DNA of 64,000 nucleotides from Escherichia coli (GTDB lineage Bacteria; Pseudomonadota; Gammaproteobacteria; Enterobacterales; Enterobacteriaceae): NCBI RefSeq assembly GCF_003790525.1, contig NZ_CP033635.1; one strand, 5' to 3'. Shown piece by piece: positions 27,983 to 39,028 of this stretch (position 1 is its first letter; each line of letters starts with the position of its first letter). The notes under the pieces were generated by a model. It saw only the letters and a program-made list of their open reading frames with translations, ran no database searches and was not told where the DNA came from. The position numbers and the translations under genes were made by a program.

Positions 27983-29578
27983 TTACCCTCGTGCCGCCAG
28001 TGCGGTGACTCTGTCGTAAGCGGAACCACTGCGCAGTACCTCAAGAACGGTTTGCGCATTGGCTTGCAGATCTTCATGGCCATGCAGGCGCATTAACATG
28101 GCGACATTCGCCGCGACGGCTGCTTCATGGGCGGCGTCGCCTTTACCTTGTAACAAGCGTGTTAAAATGTCACGGTTTTCTTCCGGTGTTCCGCCTGCCA
28201 ATTGCTCCTGGTGGTAGGGTGTCAGGCCAAAGTCTTCTGCGGTGAGCTGATAGCTTTTAATTTCGCCGTCATGCAGTTCGGCAACGATTGTCGGCGCGTG
28301 TAATGAAACTTCATCCATCCCGCCGCTGTGCACCACCGCCGCGCGTTGATACCCCAGCACGCGCAAGGTTTCGGCAATCGGCAGCACCAGCTCCGGGCTG
28401 TAGACACCAATTAACGCCAGCGGAGGATGCGCCGGGTTAATTAATGGCCCCAGAACATTGAACAGGGTGCGGGTTTTCAGTTGCTGGCGAACCGGCATTG
28501 CATGGCGGAATCCGGTGTGATATTTCGGCGCAAAGAGGAAACAGACGCCTAACTCATCCAGCGCCTGGCGCGATTTATCGGCGTTCATATCAAGATTAAT
28601 ACCGAACGCCGCCAGCAGATCCGACGAGCCGGATTTACTGGAGACGCTACGGTTGCCGTGTTTCGCCACTTTCAGCCCGCAGGCCGCGGCGACAAACGCA
28701 CTGGCGGTAGAAATATTGATACTGTTGCTGCCGTCACCGCCAGTACCGACGATATCGGCAAACAGATAATCCGGGCGCGGGAACGGCGCGGCGTTTTCCA
28801 GTAGCGCGGTTGCTGCCCCGGCGATTTCATTCGGGTGCTCGCCGCGAATTTTCATGCTCACCAGCGCCGCCGCCAGTTGTTCCGGTTTCAGTTCGCCACG
28901 CACCACCGCTGAAAATAGCTGGTGGCTTTCCTGCTGACTAAGGGTCTGCGCCTGATACAGTTTTTCCAGAATCGGTTGCAGCGTGTTGGTTGGCTCTAGT
29001 TTCTGCTGCGCCCAGGCCAGCGTTTGTTCCAGCAGGCGAGCGCCCTGGGTAGTAAGAATGGATTCCGGATGGAACTGGAATCCACAAACGCGATCCGCAT
29101 CATGGCGCACCGCCATCACCATGCCATTAAAATGGGCGTTGATGGTTAAACCTGCCGGAATATTACTGCCAACCAGCGAGTGATAACGCGCCACTGGCAG
29201 CGGGTTTGTTAATCCGGCAAACATCGCCTGACCGTCATGTTCAATGCTCGACGCTTTACCGTGAAGAATTTCGCCCGCCTGACCGACATAGCCCCCGTAA
29301 GCTTCGACAATCGCCTGATGACCGAGGCAAATGCCAATAATTGGCAGCTTGCCGCGCAGGCGGGTGAGGAGTTCCGGCATACAACCGGCTTCGCTCGGCA
29401 CACCGGGGCCAGGAGAGAGCATCAGCACCGGATTGCTCATCGTCGCCAGGCGTTCAATTAAGGTCTGCGCCGGAATATGGTTGCGGTAAATCACCACGTT
29501 ATGACCATTGCTGCGCAACTGATCTGCCAGGTTGTAAGTAAAAGAATCGATATTATCGAGCAGCAGAATGTCAGCCAT
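27983..29578 (-). CDS. trpD: anthranilate synthase component II / anthranilate phosphoribosyltransferase
   Basis: 531-aa ORF matching K-12 TrpGD. Confidence 0.97.
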   Translation of the reverse strand: MADILLLDNIDSFTYNLADQLRSNGHNVVIYRNHIPAQTLIERLATMSNPVLMLSPGPGVPSEAGCMPELLTRLRGKLPIIGICLGHQAIVEAYGGYVGQAGEILHGKASSIEHDGQAMFAGLTNPLPVARYHSLVGSNIPAGLTINAHFNGMVMAVRHDADRVCGFQFHPESILTTQGARLLEQTLAWAQQKLEPTNTLQPILEKLYQAQTLSQQESHQLFSAVVRGELKPEQLAAALVSMKIRGEHPNEIAGAATALLENAAPFPRPDYLFADIVGTGGDGSNSINISTASAFVAAACGLKVAKHGNRSVSSKSGSSDLLAAFGINLDMNADKSRQALDELGVCFLFAPKYHTGFRHAMPVRQQLKTRTLFNVLGPLINPAHPPLALIGVYSPELVLPIAETLRVLGYQRAAVVHSGGMDEVSLHAPTIVAELHDGEIKSYQLTAEDFGLTPYHQEQLAGGTPEENRDILTRLLQGKGDAAHEAAVAANVAMLMRLHGHEDLQANAQTVLEVLRSGSAYDRVTALAARG

Positions 29579-31140
29579 CAGAAGGTCTCCTGTGCATGAT
29601 GCGCGGTGGCAATAGCGCGCAGTACAGCGCGGGCTTTATTACGGGTTTCGTCGGCTTCCGACTGCGGAACAGAATCAAGGACTACGCCAGCACCGGCTTG
29701 CACGGTGGCGATACCGTTTTCCACCAGCGCCGAGCGGATCACAATGCAGGTGTCGAGATCGCCATGCGCGGTAAAATAACCTACCGCGCCGCCGTAGCTG
29801 CCGCGTCGACGACCTTCTGCTTCGGCAATTAACTGCATAGCGCGTACTTTCGGCGCACCGCTTAACGTCCCCATATTCATACAGGCGCGGTAAGCGTGCA
29901 GGGCGTCGAGATCGTGGCGCAGCTCACCAACAACGCGGGAGACCAGGTGCATCACGTAAGAGTAACGGTCAACTTTGGTGAGATCGGCAACGTAGCGGCT
30001 GCCGGGTGTGCAAATGCGAGCCAGGTCATTACGGGCGAGATCCACCAGCATCAGATGTTCAGAAAGCTCTTTATGGTCGGTACGCATTTCGAGTTCGATG
30101 CGGCTGTCGAGGTCTCTGTCCAGTGAACCATCGGCACGACGACCGCGTGGGCGTGTTCCGGCAATCGGGTAGATCTCAATCTGGCGGCTGGTGGCGTCAT
30201 ACTTGAGCGAACTTTCCGGCGACGCGCCAAACAGGGTGAAATCATTATCCTGCATAAAAAACATGTACGGGCTGGGATTACTCTTTTTCAGCACGTAATA
30301 AGCCGCCAGCGGTGACGGGCAGGGTAGAGAGAAACGGCGAGATGGCACCACCTGGAAAATTTCTCCGGCGCGAATCGCTTTTTGCAACGAACGCACCACG
30401 CCACCGAACTCTTCATCGCTCTGATTACATTCACAACGCATATGCGGCACGGAAACCACCGGCAGCGGTGGCGCGGTTTCGGTCAGTTGCTGGCGAAGTT
30501 CGTTCAGGCGAGCAGTGAGACGTTGTTTTTCTTTTTCATTGGGAGCAAACAGGCTGGCCTGAATACGGGTGCTTTTTTTCTGATGGTCAATCACCATCAG
30601 CGTTTCAGCGAGATAAAAACAGAAATCAGGGCAGTTATTTTCCGCTGCCAGTTGCGGTAAATCTTCAAATCCTGCGACCAGGTCGTAAGAGAACAGGCCA
30701 CCAAAGAACATCGCTTCCCGTTCTTCCTTCGGTACATTCAACAGATTCTGCAATAAGCGGAAAGCGTCAAAAACCGAAAGGGAGCATAAGCGGGCGTCTT
30801 CATCCAGCAATGGACTGACAGGAGGGAAGCGCAGCACGCGGCAGTTTGGTGATTGTTCATTTTCCACACCCGCAGGCAGGGCGTTATCCAGTAATGCCAA
30901 CAGGGCTTCGCCATTGCCGGAAAGTGCCTGAATAGTGACAGTGTCACCTAATGCTGTAATGCGCAGCGCACTGTCCACTAGCAATAGACTTTTTAAATCA
31001 TCTTTGCTGTCGATATCTGCGGATTCCAGCAGCAGCGTTGCCGGACGATCCCCACACAACTGGTGAAAAAGCGCAGTCGGGTTGTCGCGATAAGCGCCTT
31101 TGCAAGTTAGCAGTTCGAGAGTCGGTTTTTGTGTTTGCAT
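29578..31140 (-). CDS. trpE: anthranilate synthase component I
   Basis: 520-aa [70 protein letters not shown]... Confidence 0.97.
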   Translation of the reverse strand: MQTQKPTLELLTCKGAYRDNPTALFHQLCGDRPATLLLESADIDSKDDLKSLLLVDSALRITALGDTVTIQALSGNGEALLALLDNALPAGVENEQSPNCRVLRFPPVSPLLDEDARLCSLSVFDAFRLLQNLLNVPKEEREAMFFGGLFSYDLVAGFEDLPQLAAENNCPDFCFYLAETLMVIDHQKKSTRIQASLFAPNEKEKQRLTARLNELRQQLTETAPPLPVVSVPHMRCECNQSDEEFGGVVRSLQKAIRAGEIFQVVPSRRFSLPCPSPLAAYYVLKKSNPSPYMFFMQDNDFTLFGASPESSLKYDATSRQIEIYPIAGTRPRGRRADGSLDRDLDSRIELEMRTDHKELSEHLMLVDLARNDLARICTPGSRYVADLTKVDRYSYVMHLVSRVVGELRHDLDALHAYRACMNMGTLSGAPKVRAMQLIAEAEGRRRGSYGGAVGYFTAHGDLDTCIVIRSALVENGIATVQAGAGVVLDSVPQSEADETRNKARAVLRAIATAHHAQETF

Positions 31141-31160
31141 TGTTATTCTCTAATTTTGTT

Positions 31161-31190
31161 CAAAAAAAAGCCCGCTAATTAGGCGGGCTG
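31161..31190 (-). terminator. trp attenuator (leader terminator)
   Basis: Minus strand agcccgcctaattagcgggcttttttttg just upstream of trpE. Confidence 0.9.
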
Positions 31191-31231
31191 GGTATCTGAT
31201 TGCTTTACGCATGGTGAATACACTGCCCGTT

Positions 31232-31276
31232 TCAGGAAGTGCGCCACCAACCTTTCAGTACGAAAATTGCTTTCAT
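31232..31276 (-). CDS. trpL: trp leader peptide
   Basis: Minus strand atgaaagcaattttcgtactgaaaggttggtggcgcacttcctga = [14 protein letters not shown] with tandem Trp codons. Confidence 0.95.
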
Positions 31277-31299
31277 TGTCGATACCCTTTTTACGTGAA

Positions 31300-31340
31300 C
31301 TTGCGTACTAGTTAACTAGTTCGATGATTAATTGTCAACA
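31300..31340 (-). promoter_or_regulatory. trp promoter and TrpR operator
   Basis: Minus strand TTGACAATTAATCATCGAACTAGTTAACTAGTACGCAAG: -35 TTGACA, operator palindrome ACTAGTTAACTAGT, -10 TTAACT. Confidence 0.95.
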
Positions 31341-31413
31341 GCTCATTTCAGAATATTTGCCAGAACCGTTATGATGTCGGCGCAAAAAACATTATCCAGA
31401 ACGGGAGTGCGCC

Positions 31414-32295
31414 TTGAGCGACACGAATTACGCAGTGATTTACGACCTGCACAGCCATACCACAGCTTCCGATGGCTGCCTGACGCCAGAAGCATTGGTG
31501 CGCCGTGCAGTCGAGATGCGCGTCGGCACCCTGGCGATCACCGACCATGACACCACAGCTGCAATTGCACCAGCAAGAGAGGAAATTTCACGTTCGGGAC
31601 TGGCGCTGAATCTTATTCCCGGCGTGGAAATTTCCACGGTCTGGGAAAATCATGAAATTCATATTGTCGGGCTGAATATTGATATTACTCATCCGCTAAT
31701 GTGTGAGTTCCTCGCGCAGCAGACAGAACGGCGCAATCAGCGGGCGCAGCTGATTGCCGAAAGACTTGAAAAAGCGCAAATACCTGGGGCACTGGAAGGC
31801 GCGCAACGACTGGCGCAGGGCGGTGCGGTGACGCGCGGTCATTTTGCTCGTTTCCTTGTGGAGTGCGGCAAAGCCAGTTCAATGGCGGATGTCTTTAAAA
31901 AATATCTGGCGCGCGGGAAAACCGGATACGTTCCGCCACAGTGGTGTACAATAGAACAAGCTATTGATGTCATTCATCATTCTGGCGGTAAGGCGGTGCT
32001 AGCTCATCCTGGGCGGTACAATCTTAGTGCTAAATGGCTGAAAAGATTGGTTGCGCATTTTGCTGAACACCACGGCGACGCGATGGAAGTCGCGCAGTGC
32101 CAGCAATCGCCCAATGAACGCACCCAGCTGGCGACACTTGCGCGTCAGCATCATTTATGGGCATCACAAGGATCTGATTTTCATCAGCCATGCCCGTGGA
32201 TCGAACTGGGTCGTAAACTCTGGCTGCCCGCAGGCGTTGAAGGCGTCTGGCAGCTATGGGAACAGCCGCAGAACACCACAGAGAGGGAATTATGA
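31414..32295 (+). CDS. yciV: PHP-domain RNase AM (YciV/TrpH)
   Basis: 293-aa ORF with HSHTTASDG PHP motif; K-12 position after trpL; probable TTG start. Confidence 0.9.
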   Translation: MSDTNYAVIYDLHSHTTASDGCLTPEALVRRAVEMRVGTLAITDHDTTAAIAPAREEISRSGLALNLIPGVEISTVWENHEIHIVGLNIDITHPLMCEFLAQQTERRNQRAQLIAERLEKAQIPGALEGAQRLAQGGAVTRGHFARFLVECGKASSMADVFKKYLARGKTGYVPPQWCTIEQAIDVIHHSGGKAVLAHPGRYNLSAKWLKRLVAHFAEHHGDAMEVAQCQQSPNERTQLATLARQHHLWASQGSDFHQPCPWIELGRKLWLPAGVEGVWQLWEQPQNTTEREL

Positions 32296-32912
32296 GCCAG
32301 TTTTTTTATATTCATCCTGATAACCCGCAGCAACGTCTGATCAACCAGGCGGTGGAGATCGTGCGTAAAGGCGGGGTGATTGTTTATCCAACTGATTCCG
32401 GCTATGCGCTCGGCTGTAAAATTGAAGATAAAAACGCCATGGAGCGTATTTGTCGTATTCGCCAGCTGCCGGACGGTCACAACTTTACCCTGATGTGTCG
32501 CGATCTTTCTGAACTCTCGACCTATTCATTTGTCGATAACGTTGCGTTTCGTTTAATGAAAAACAACACGCCGGGCAACTATACCTTCATCCTGAAGGGG
32601 ACGAAGGAAGTGCCACGCCGTCTGTTGCAGGAAAAACGCAAAACCATCGGTATGCGTGTGCCGTCTAACCCGATTGCGCAGGCGCTGCTTGAAGCATTGG
32701 GCGAACCGATGCTTTCCACTTCGCTAATGCTGCCAGGCAGTGAATTTACCGAATCCGATCCGGAAGAAATTAAAGACCGTCTGGAAAAACAGGTGGATTT
32801 GATTATTCACGGTGGCTATCTCGGGCAGAAACCGACAACGGTTATTGATCTTACCGATGATACGCCGGTCGTGGTGCGTGAAGGCGTAGGTGATGTGAAG
32901 CCTTTCTTATAA
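32292..32912 (+). CDS. yciO: YciO (Sua5/YrdC-like RNA-binding protein)
   Basis: MSQFFYIHPDNPQQRLINQAVEIVRKGGVIVYPTDSGYALGC...; start set at ATG 32292. Confidence 0.9.
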   Translation: MSQFFYIHPDNPQQRLINQAVEIVRKGGVIVYPTDSGYALGCKIEDKNAMERICRIRQLPDGHNFTLMCRDLSELSTYSFVDNVAFRLMKNNTPGNYTFILKGTKEVPRRLLQEKRKTIGMRVPSNPIAQALLEALGEPMLSTSLMLPGSEFTESDPEEIKDRLEKQVDLIIHGGYLGQKPTTVIDLTDDTPVVVREGVGDVKPFL

Positions 32913-32939
32913 CAAATTGCGTTCCACGGATGGAAGACT

Positions 32940-34835
32940 ATGGCAGGGAAGTTTCGCTGCATTTTGCTGTTGATAGTTGGGCTTTTTTTCTCTTCGTTGA
33001 GTTATGCGAAAAACACGGAGATCCCTTCTTATGAAGAAGGGATCTCTCTCTTTGATGTTGAAGCCACTCTGCAACCGGATGGGGTGCTCGACATCAAAGA
33101 AAATATTCATTTTCAGGCGCGAAATCAGCAGATTAAGCACGGATTTTATCGTGATTTACCACGACTCTGGATGCAGCCTGATGGGGACGCTGCACTGCTG
33201 AACTATCATATTGTTGGCGTCACCCGTGATGGTATTCCTGAACCCTGGCATCTTGACTGGCATATCGGGTTAATGAGTATTGTCGTGGGCGATAAACAAC
33301 GTTTCTTGCCTCAAGGCGACTATCATTATCAAATTCATTATCAGGTTAAAAATGCTTTCCTGCGTGAAGGGGATTCTGATCTGCTAATCTGGAACGTGAC
33401 CGGTAACCACTGGCCGTTTGAAATTTATAAGACCCTATTTTCACTCAAGTTGCCAGATATTGCGGGTAATCCATTTAGCGAAATCGATCTCTTTACTGGA
33501 GAAGAGGGCGACACATATCGAAATGGCCGCATCCTTGAGGACGGAAGAATTGAATCCCGCGATCCGTTTTATCGTGAAGATTTCACGGTCCTCTACCGCT
33601 GGCCTCACGCTTTACTTGGTAATGCCCCGGCACCACAAACGACGAATATTTTCAGCCATCTTCTTTTACCCTCTACGTCATCGTTGTTAATTTGGTTTCC
33701 GTGTCTCTTCCTGGCGTGTGGATGGTTATATCTCTGGAAGCGCAGGCCGCAATTTACGCCGGTAGATGTGATTGAAACCGATGTCATTCCGCCAGATTAC
33801 ACACCCGGCATGTTACGTCTCGATGCGAAGCTGGTTTACGACGATAAAGGTTTTTGTGCCGATATCGTAAATCTGATTGTTAAAGGAAAAATTCATCTGG
33901 AAGATCAGTATGACAAGAACCAGCAAATCCTGATTTGTGTTAATGAAGGCGCGACCAGAAATAATGCGGTATTACTGCCCGCAGAGCAGTTATTACTGGA
34001 AGCGTTATTTCGTAAAGGCGATAAGGTCGTTCTTACGGGGAGACGCAACAGAGTCTTACGCAGGGCATTTTTACGGATGCAGAAATTTTATCTGCCGCGT
34101 AAAAAGTCTTCGTTTTATCGACCAGATACGTTTTTGCAATGGGGCGGAATGGCGATATTGGCGGTCATTCTCTACGGTAACCTGAGTCCCGTAGGTTGGG
34201 CAGGAATGAGTCTGGTTGGCGATATGTTTATTATGATCTGCTGGCTTCTTCCTTTTTTATTTTGTTCCCTTGAGCTTTTGTTTGCCCGCGATGATGACAA
34301 GCCTTGCGTTAATCGTGTAATCATCACTTTGTTTTTACCGCTGATTTGTTCAGGCGTGGCCTTTTATTCTCTCTATATCAATGTCGGAGATGTATTCTTT
34401 TACTGGTATATGCCAGCGGGTTATTTTAGCGCTGTTTTCCTGACCGGTTATCTCACTGGCATGGGGTATATTTTTCTGCCAAAGTTTACCCAAACTGGGC
34501 AGCAACGTTATGCCCACGGTGAAGCTATCGTTAACTATCTTGCGCGTAAAGAGGCAGCAACACACAGTGGGCGGCGGCGGAAAGGGGAAACACGGAAACT
34601 GGATTACGCGTTGCTAGGTTGGGCAGTCTCGGCAAACCTTGGAAAAGAATGGGCAGCACGTATCACCCCATCACTCACAGCGGCTGTTCACGCCCCGGAA
34701 ATTGCCCGTAGTGGCGTTTTGTTTTCATTACAGATGCACCTGAGCCTGGGGGCCAATACCAGTTTGTTGGGGCGAAGTTATTCCGGTGGTGGTGCTGGCG
34801 GCGGGGCGGGTGGCGGAGGCGGTGGTGGCTGGTAA
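32940..34835 (+). CDS. yciQ: inner membrane protein YciQ (DUF2207)
   Basis: 631-aa ORF with signal peptide and several hydrophobic segments; K-12 synteny. Confidence 0.9.
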   Translation: MAGKFRCILLLIVGLFFSSLSYAKNTEIPSYEEGISLFDVEATLQPDGVLDIKENIHFQARNQQIKHGFYRDLPRLWMQPDGDAALLNYHIVGVTRDGIPEPWHLDWHIGLMSIVVGDKQRFLPQGDYHYQIHYQVKNAFLREGDSDLLIWNVTGNHWPFEIYKTLFSLKLPDIAGNPFSEIDLFTGEEGDTYRNGRILEDGRIESRDPFYREDFTVLYRWPHALLGNAPAPQTTNIFSHLLLPSTSSLLIWFPCLFLACGWLYLWKRRPQFTPVDVIETDVIPPDYTPGMLRLDAKLVYDDKGFCADIVNLIVKGKIHLEDQYDKNQQILICVNEGATRNNAVLLPAEQLLLEALFRKGDKVVLTGRRNRVLRRAFLRMQKFYLPRKKSSFYRPDTFLQWGGMAILAVILYGNLSPVGWAGMSLVGDMFIMICWLLPFLFCSLELLFARDDDKPCVNRVIITLFLPLICSGVAFYSLYINVGDVFFYWYMPAGYFSAVFLTGYLTGMGYIFLPKFTQTGQQRYAHGEAIVNYLARKEAATHSGRRRKGETRKLDYALLGWAVSANLGKEWAARITPSLTAAVHAPEIARSGVLFSLQMHLSLGANTSLLGRSYSGGGAGGGAGGGGGGGW

Positions 34836-35045
34836 TTAAGCTGATGTTAATCGAAACAAGCTTTAACCATAAAGATAGTGTAGTATGTTGCGCCTCAAAG
34901 CCAGGCCGATAAACGTCGAGTCGTTTACTTAAGGCCTGAAGAGTTCAAACAGACTTTACTATCAGTGAGTCAGATGTAAATTCTGACTCACTGTTGCACA
35001 AAAGCATATCAGACGCCTGGGAAGGCGACACCAAAAGGAAGCTCT

Positions 35046-35921
35046 ATGAGCGAAAAGCTACAGAAAGTGCTGGCGCGTGCCGGCCACGGCTCTCGCCGTG
35101 AAATCGAATCTATTATTGAAGCCGGTCGTGTGAGTGTTGATGGCAAAATTGCTAAACTCGGCGATCGCGTTGAAGTTACCCCTGGATTGAAAATCCGTAT
35201 CGATGGTCACCTGATTTCGGTACGTGAGTCCGCTGAACAAATTTGTCGCGTTCTGGCCTATTACAAACCGGAAGGTGAGTTGTGTACCCGTAACGATCCG
35301 GAAGGACGTCCAACGGTGTTTGACCGTCTGCCAAAACTGCGTGGCGCACGCTGGATTGCCGTGGGGCGCCTGGACGTTAATACCTGTGGTCTGCTGCTGT
35401 TCACCACCGATGGTGAACTGGCAAACCGTTTAATGCACCCAAGCCGTGAAGTTGAACGTGAATATGCCGTGCGTGTATTTGGTCAGGTTGACGACGCGAA
35501 ACTGCGTGATTTGAGTCGTGGCGTGCAGTTGGAAGATGGTCCGGCAGCCTTTAAAACCATCAAGTTCAGCGGCGGCGAAGGGATCAACCAGTGGTACAAC
35601 GTTACTCTGACCGAAGGCCGTAACCGTGAAGTTCGTCGTCTTTGGGAAGCGGTTGGTGTGCAGGTGAGCCGTCTGATCCGCGTGCGTTACGGTGATATCC
35701 CACTGCCGAAAGGTCTGCCACGCGGTGGCTGGACGGAGCTGGACCTCGCCCAGACTAACTATCTGCGTGAGCTGGTGGAACTACCGCCAGAAACCAGCTC
35801 TAAAGTTGCTGTAGAAAAAGACCGTCGTCGTATGAAGGCGAATCAAATTCGTCGTGCGGTGAAACGTCACAGCCAGGTCAGCGGCGGTCGTCGTTCTGGT
35901 GGACGTAATAATAACGGTTAA
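35046..35921 (+). CDS. rluB: 23S rRNA pseudouridine(2605) synthase
   Basis: 291-aa ORF with S4 domain and pseudouridine synthase core; Arg-rich C-terminus. Confidence 0.95.
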
Positions 35922-35941
35922 TTTAAGTTAAGTATAAAATA

Positions 35942-35963
35942 AAGGCCCTGCGGGGCCTTTTCT
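35942..35963 (+). terminator. rluB terminator
   Basis: aggccctgcggggccttttctt. Confidence 0.8.
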
Positions 35964-36090
35964 TCATTTGAAGTATGATAAATAGTCGCAGTATTTTAAT
36001 TTAATTTCATACTTGCTTATGAATATTACCAGGAAATAGCCACATTACTATTTAATTATCTGAGATAAACTCAACGTCAAGAGGTGGGTT

Positions 36091-37092
36091 ATGATTAGAT
36101 ATAGTGGAATATTTCTATCGCTGTTAATGCTTTCAGGTTGTGCAACCGAAGCATTGAAGAATGAACAAGCTGAAACTGTTATTACTGCGGGTAACAAGGC
36201 GGTTGCGGCGAATGCAAGTTTCTTTAAACAATACTATGCTTCTCGTGAAAACTTCCTTGTTAATTTCTATGCAACTAATCCGGATTGTGCACTGCGACCT
36301 GATTATACCATAGATATAGGCGGTGATGGTAATGGCGGAAAATTATGCCAGCGCCCTGGGCCAAATACAAAAAAAGTACAATTAGTCCCTTTCGAGAAAG
36401 AAAAATTACTGGCTTCAATGGAAGTCATTAATAGCATGAGCGCTTATGTAGAACTTCTGACTGAGGACATGGCAACGACAGAAAGTCAGCAAGTGGCATT
36501 ACTTAAACAGGCTCTGGATCACGCAAACAACGCACAAACACTACTTGGTATTTCACATAGCAAAGATTTAGCACAATCTGCAGCAGCGGTTAAAGATTTG
36601 GTAAATTATTTCAATGAGTTATATATAATAAAAGTCAATTCTGGAAAAATAGGCAAAACGGTAGATGAAAACTGGGTAAGACTTATAGGGAACATGACAG
36701 TTTTGCGTAATGATATTTATACAAAAAGCAATAAGATTGAAAATTATACCTTTGCGAATGTGCATGATAATATGTTTTATTATAATACGGCATCTAAAAA
36801 CGCTAAGAATACAGAGTTTAACACTCTGAAAAACAGGAAGGAGTTTCTAAGTTCAGTAATCAATGTGAATGAAACCAGGCTACAGGCATCGGCACCTGCC
36901 ATGCCCGCAATTGAGGCTTTAAATGCCTTTATAGATAAGGGTGATTATCTGAATAATTTATATGTTAATAAAACACGCACGGCAGCTGAACAAAAAAGGT
37001 TAAATGAGATATTGCGCGCACAGGTCATTAGTGGGTTAAAGGCGTCTGAGGGGCTGGCAAAATTACTTATTGCCAGCGGAATAATGTTATAG
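36091..37092 (+). CDS. hypothetical lipoprotein (islet gene 1), predicted alpha-helical
   Basis: 333-aa ORF; lipobox LMLSGC; RBS gaggtgg; strongly AT-rich; no K-12 counterpart between rluB and btuR. Confidence 0.7.
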   Translation: MIRYSGIFLSLLMLSGCATEALKNEQAETVITAGNKAVAANASFFKQYYASRENFLVNFYATNPDCALRPDYTIDIGGDGNGGKLCQRPGPNTKKVQLVPFEKEKLLASMEVINSMSAYVELLTEDMATTESQQVALLKQALDHANNAQTLLGISHSKDLAQSAAAVKDLVNYFNELYIIKVNSGKIGKTVDENWVRLIGNMTVLRNDIYTKSNKIENYTFANVHDNMFYYNTASKNAKNTEFNTLKNRKEFLSSVINVNETRLQASAPAMPAIEALNAFIDKGDYLNNLYVNKTRTAAEQKRLNEILRAQVISGLKASEGLAKLLIASGIML

Positions 37093-37102
37093 GAGGCTTT
37101 TT

Positions 37103-37411
37103 ATGAACGATGTGCAAAATCGTAGAATACTGGCATTACTTGATATGCTGTATAATACCCTGGGCAATAAAACCACATGTAATGTTTGTCATAAATATTT
37201 TATCCATATCCTCACAGTTATGAACAACCTGACGATTAACTATGGTACTGAAACTTCGCCAGAGTTAGCAGGGATAAATTATGACGATGCTAATGCGCTA
37301 ATTACTGAACTGATATTATTTATTGAAGATGTTGACGCTGAGAATCATGAAACATATCAGAGACATTTCAATGAGATTATACGCATTCTGAATTTTGCTA
37401 TTGCCGCTTGA
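37103..37411 (+). CDS. hypothetical small protein (islet gene 2)
   Basis: 102-aa ORF 10 bp after gene 1 with RBS aggagg; AT-rich; no recognised family. Confidence 0.65.
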   Translation: MNDVQNRRILALLDMLYNTLGNKTTCNVCHKYFIHILTVMNNLTINYGTETSPELAGINYDDANALITELILFIEDVDAENHETYQRHFNEIIRILNFAIAA

Positions 37412-37425
37412 ATATAATTATGATT

Positions 37426-37460
37426 AAAGCACCTCAAGAGGCAATCTTTTGAGGTGCTTT
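37426..37460. terminator. bidirectional terminator shared by the islet and btuR
   Basis: aaagcacctcaagaggcaatcttttgaggtgcttt. Confidence 0.75.
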
Positions 37461-37463
37461 CCC

Positions 37464-38054
37464 TTAATAATCAATCCCTATTTGCGCCTTAACACCGGCA
37501 TCAAACGCATGTTTGATGGGGCGCAGCTCACTCACCGTATCCGCTAGTTCAAGAATATCCCGATGACAGCCTCGACCCGTGATAATCACCGTCTGTTGAT
37601 GTGGACGTTCATTTAACGCCTGCACCACTTCTTCCAGTGGCAAATAATCATACGCCACCATATAAGTCAGTTCATCGAGCAAAACCATATCCAGTGAAGG
37701 ATCTGCCAGCATTCGTTTGGCATGTTGCCAGACTTCACGGCAGGCGGCGGTATCAGATTCGCGATTTTGCGTATCCCAGGTAAAGCCCGTTGCCATCACC
37801 TGAAATTCAACGCCGTGTGGTTCCAGCAGATTTCGTTCGCCATTAGGCCAGGTGCCTTTAATAAACTGCACGACGCCCACTTTTTTTCCGTGACCAACTG
37901 CGCGTGTTGCCGTACCAAATGCTGCGGTGGTTTTGCCTTTTCCATTGCCGGTAAAGACGATGATAATACCGCGTTCATCCTGGGCCTGGGCCACACGGGC
38001 ATCTACTTTTTCTTTCACTCGCTGCTGACGCTGTTGGTAGCGTTCATCACTCAT
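37464..38054 (-). CDS. btuR: cob(I)yrinic acid a,c-diamide adenosyltransferase
   Basis: 196-aa ORF with P-loop GNGKGKTTAAFG; K-12 synteny. Confidence 0.95.
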   Translation of the reverse strand: MSDERYQQRQQRVKEKVDARVAQAQDERGIIIVFTGNGKGKTTAAFGTATRAVGHGKKVGVVQFIKGTWPNGERNLLEPHGVEFQVMATGFTWDTQNRESDTAACREVWQHAKRMLADPSLDMVLLDELTYMVAYDYLPLEEVVQALNERPHQQTVIITGRGCHRDILELADTVSELRPIKHAFDAGVKAQIGIDY

Positions 38055-38809
38055 TGGGAAATTCCTGGTTTACGGCCCGGTTGGGCGTCAAAGGTCATGC
38101 CGGTTTTACGGCGGCTGTCATCGCCCATCAGCCAAAGGTAGAGCGGCATGATATCAGCGGGTGTTTTAAGTTTCTGTGGATCTTCGGTCGGGAAGGCGCT
38201 GGCACGCATTGCGGTGCGCGTACCGCCTGGGTTAATGCAGTTGACGCGCAGGCGCTGCTGATATTCATCGGCCAGTACCTGCATCATCCCTTCGGTGGCA
38301 AATTTCGACGCTGCATAAGCGCCCCAGTTTGCACGCCCCTGACGTCCAACGCTTGATGAAGTAAAGACCAGTGAACCGGCGTCCGATTTGAGTAATAAAG
38401 GAAGCAGTGCCTGGGTGAGCATAAAGGTGGCATTAACGTTGACCTGTATGACGTCCTGCCAGACCTGTGGATTTTGTTCGCTCATTGGACAAACATCGCC
38501 GAGCAATCCGGCATTATGCAAAACACCATCCAGACGCGGATAATTAACGGCAATGCGCTGTGCCAGTTGTTGGCAATCTTCGGACGTGCAGGTCAGCAAA
38601 TCGAGAATAAACCACTGTGGCTGACGCCCAGTTTCTTCGTTTATGTGGCTGGCTACCTGACGTAATTTTTCTTCATTACGGCCCAACAGAATCACTGTCG
38701 CACCATAGCGTGCATACGTCATCGCGGCTTCACGACCAATACCATTGCTGGCTCCCGTCACCAGGATAATGCGATCATTGAGTAAATCTTGTTTTGGCTG
38801 GTAATGCAT
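38051..38809 (-). CDS. yciK: short-chain dehydrogenase/reductase YciK
   Basis: 252-aa ORF; Rossmann motif TGASNGIG and catalytic Y-x3-K. Confidence 0.95.
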   Translation of the reverse strand: MHYQPKQDLLNDRIILVTGASNGIGREAAMTYARYGATVILLGRNEEKLRQVASHINEETGRQPQWFILDLLTCTSEDCQQLAQRIAVNYPRLDGVLHNAGLLGDVCPMSEQNPQVWQDVIQVNVNATFMLTQALLPLLLKSDAGSLVFTSSSVGRQGRANWGAYAASKFATEGMMQVLADEYQQRLRVNCINPGGTRTAMRASAFPTEDPQKLKTPADIMPLYLWLMGDDSRRKTGMTFDAQPGRKPGISQ

Positions 38810-39028
38810 GGCTACTCCTCAACGACGTTGTCTGTCGCGCTGCCAGTGTACTTTAAGACTTTGGGGCTTTATGCCTGAAACAGAAGGGCATTTCAATCAG
38901 CCTGGGGCGATAACACCGCAAAATGGATACTTTGTCATACTTTCGCTGCAATAACATCTCTGCGAGACGGCTTAACATGCCTGTTGTAAACTGTGAGCCA
39001 AAGCGTTGTTTAACCAAGGTGGGGACTC

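Noticed and set aside
29596-30660. Plus-strand ORFs antisense to trpE, and similar ones across trpB-trpD, topA, acnA, rnb and pdeR
   Set aside because: Typical antisense shadows of long well-conserved genes; none has independent support.
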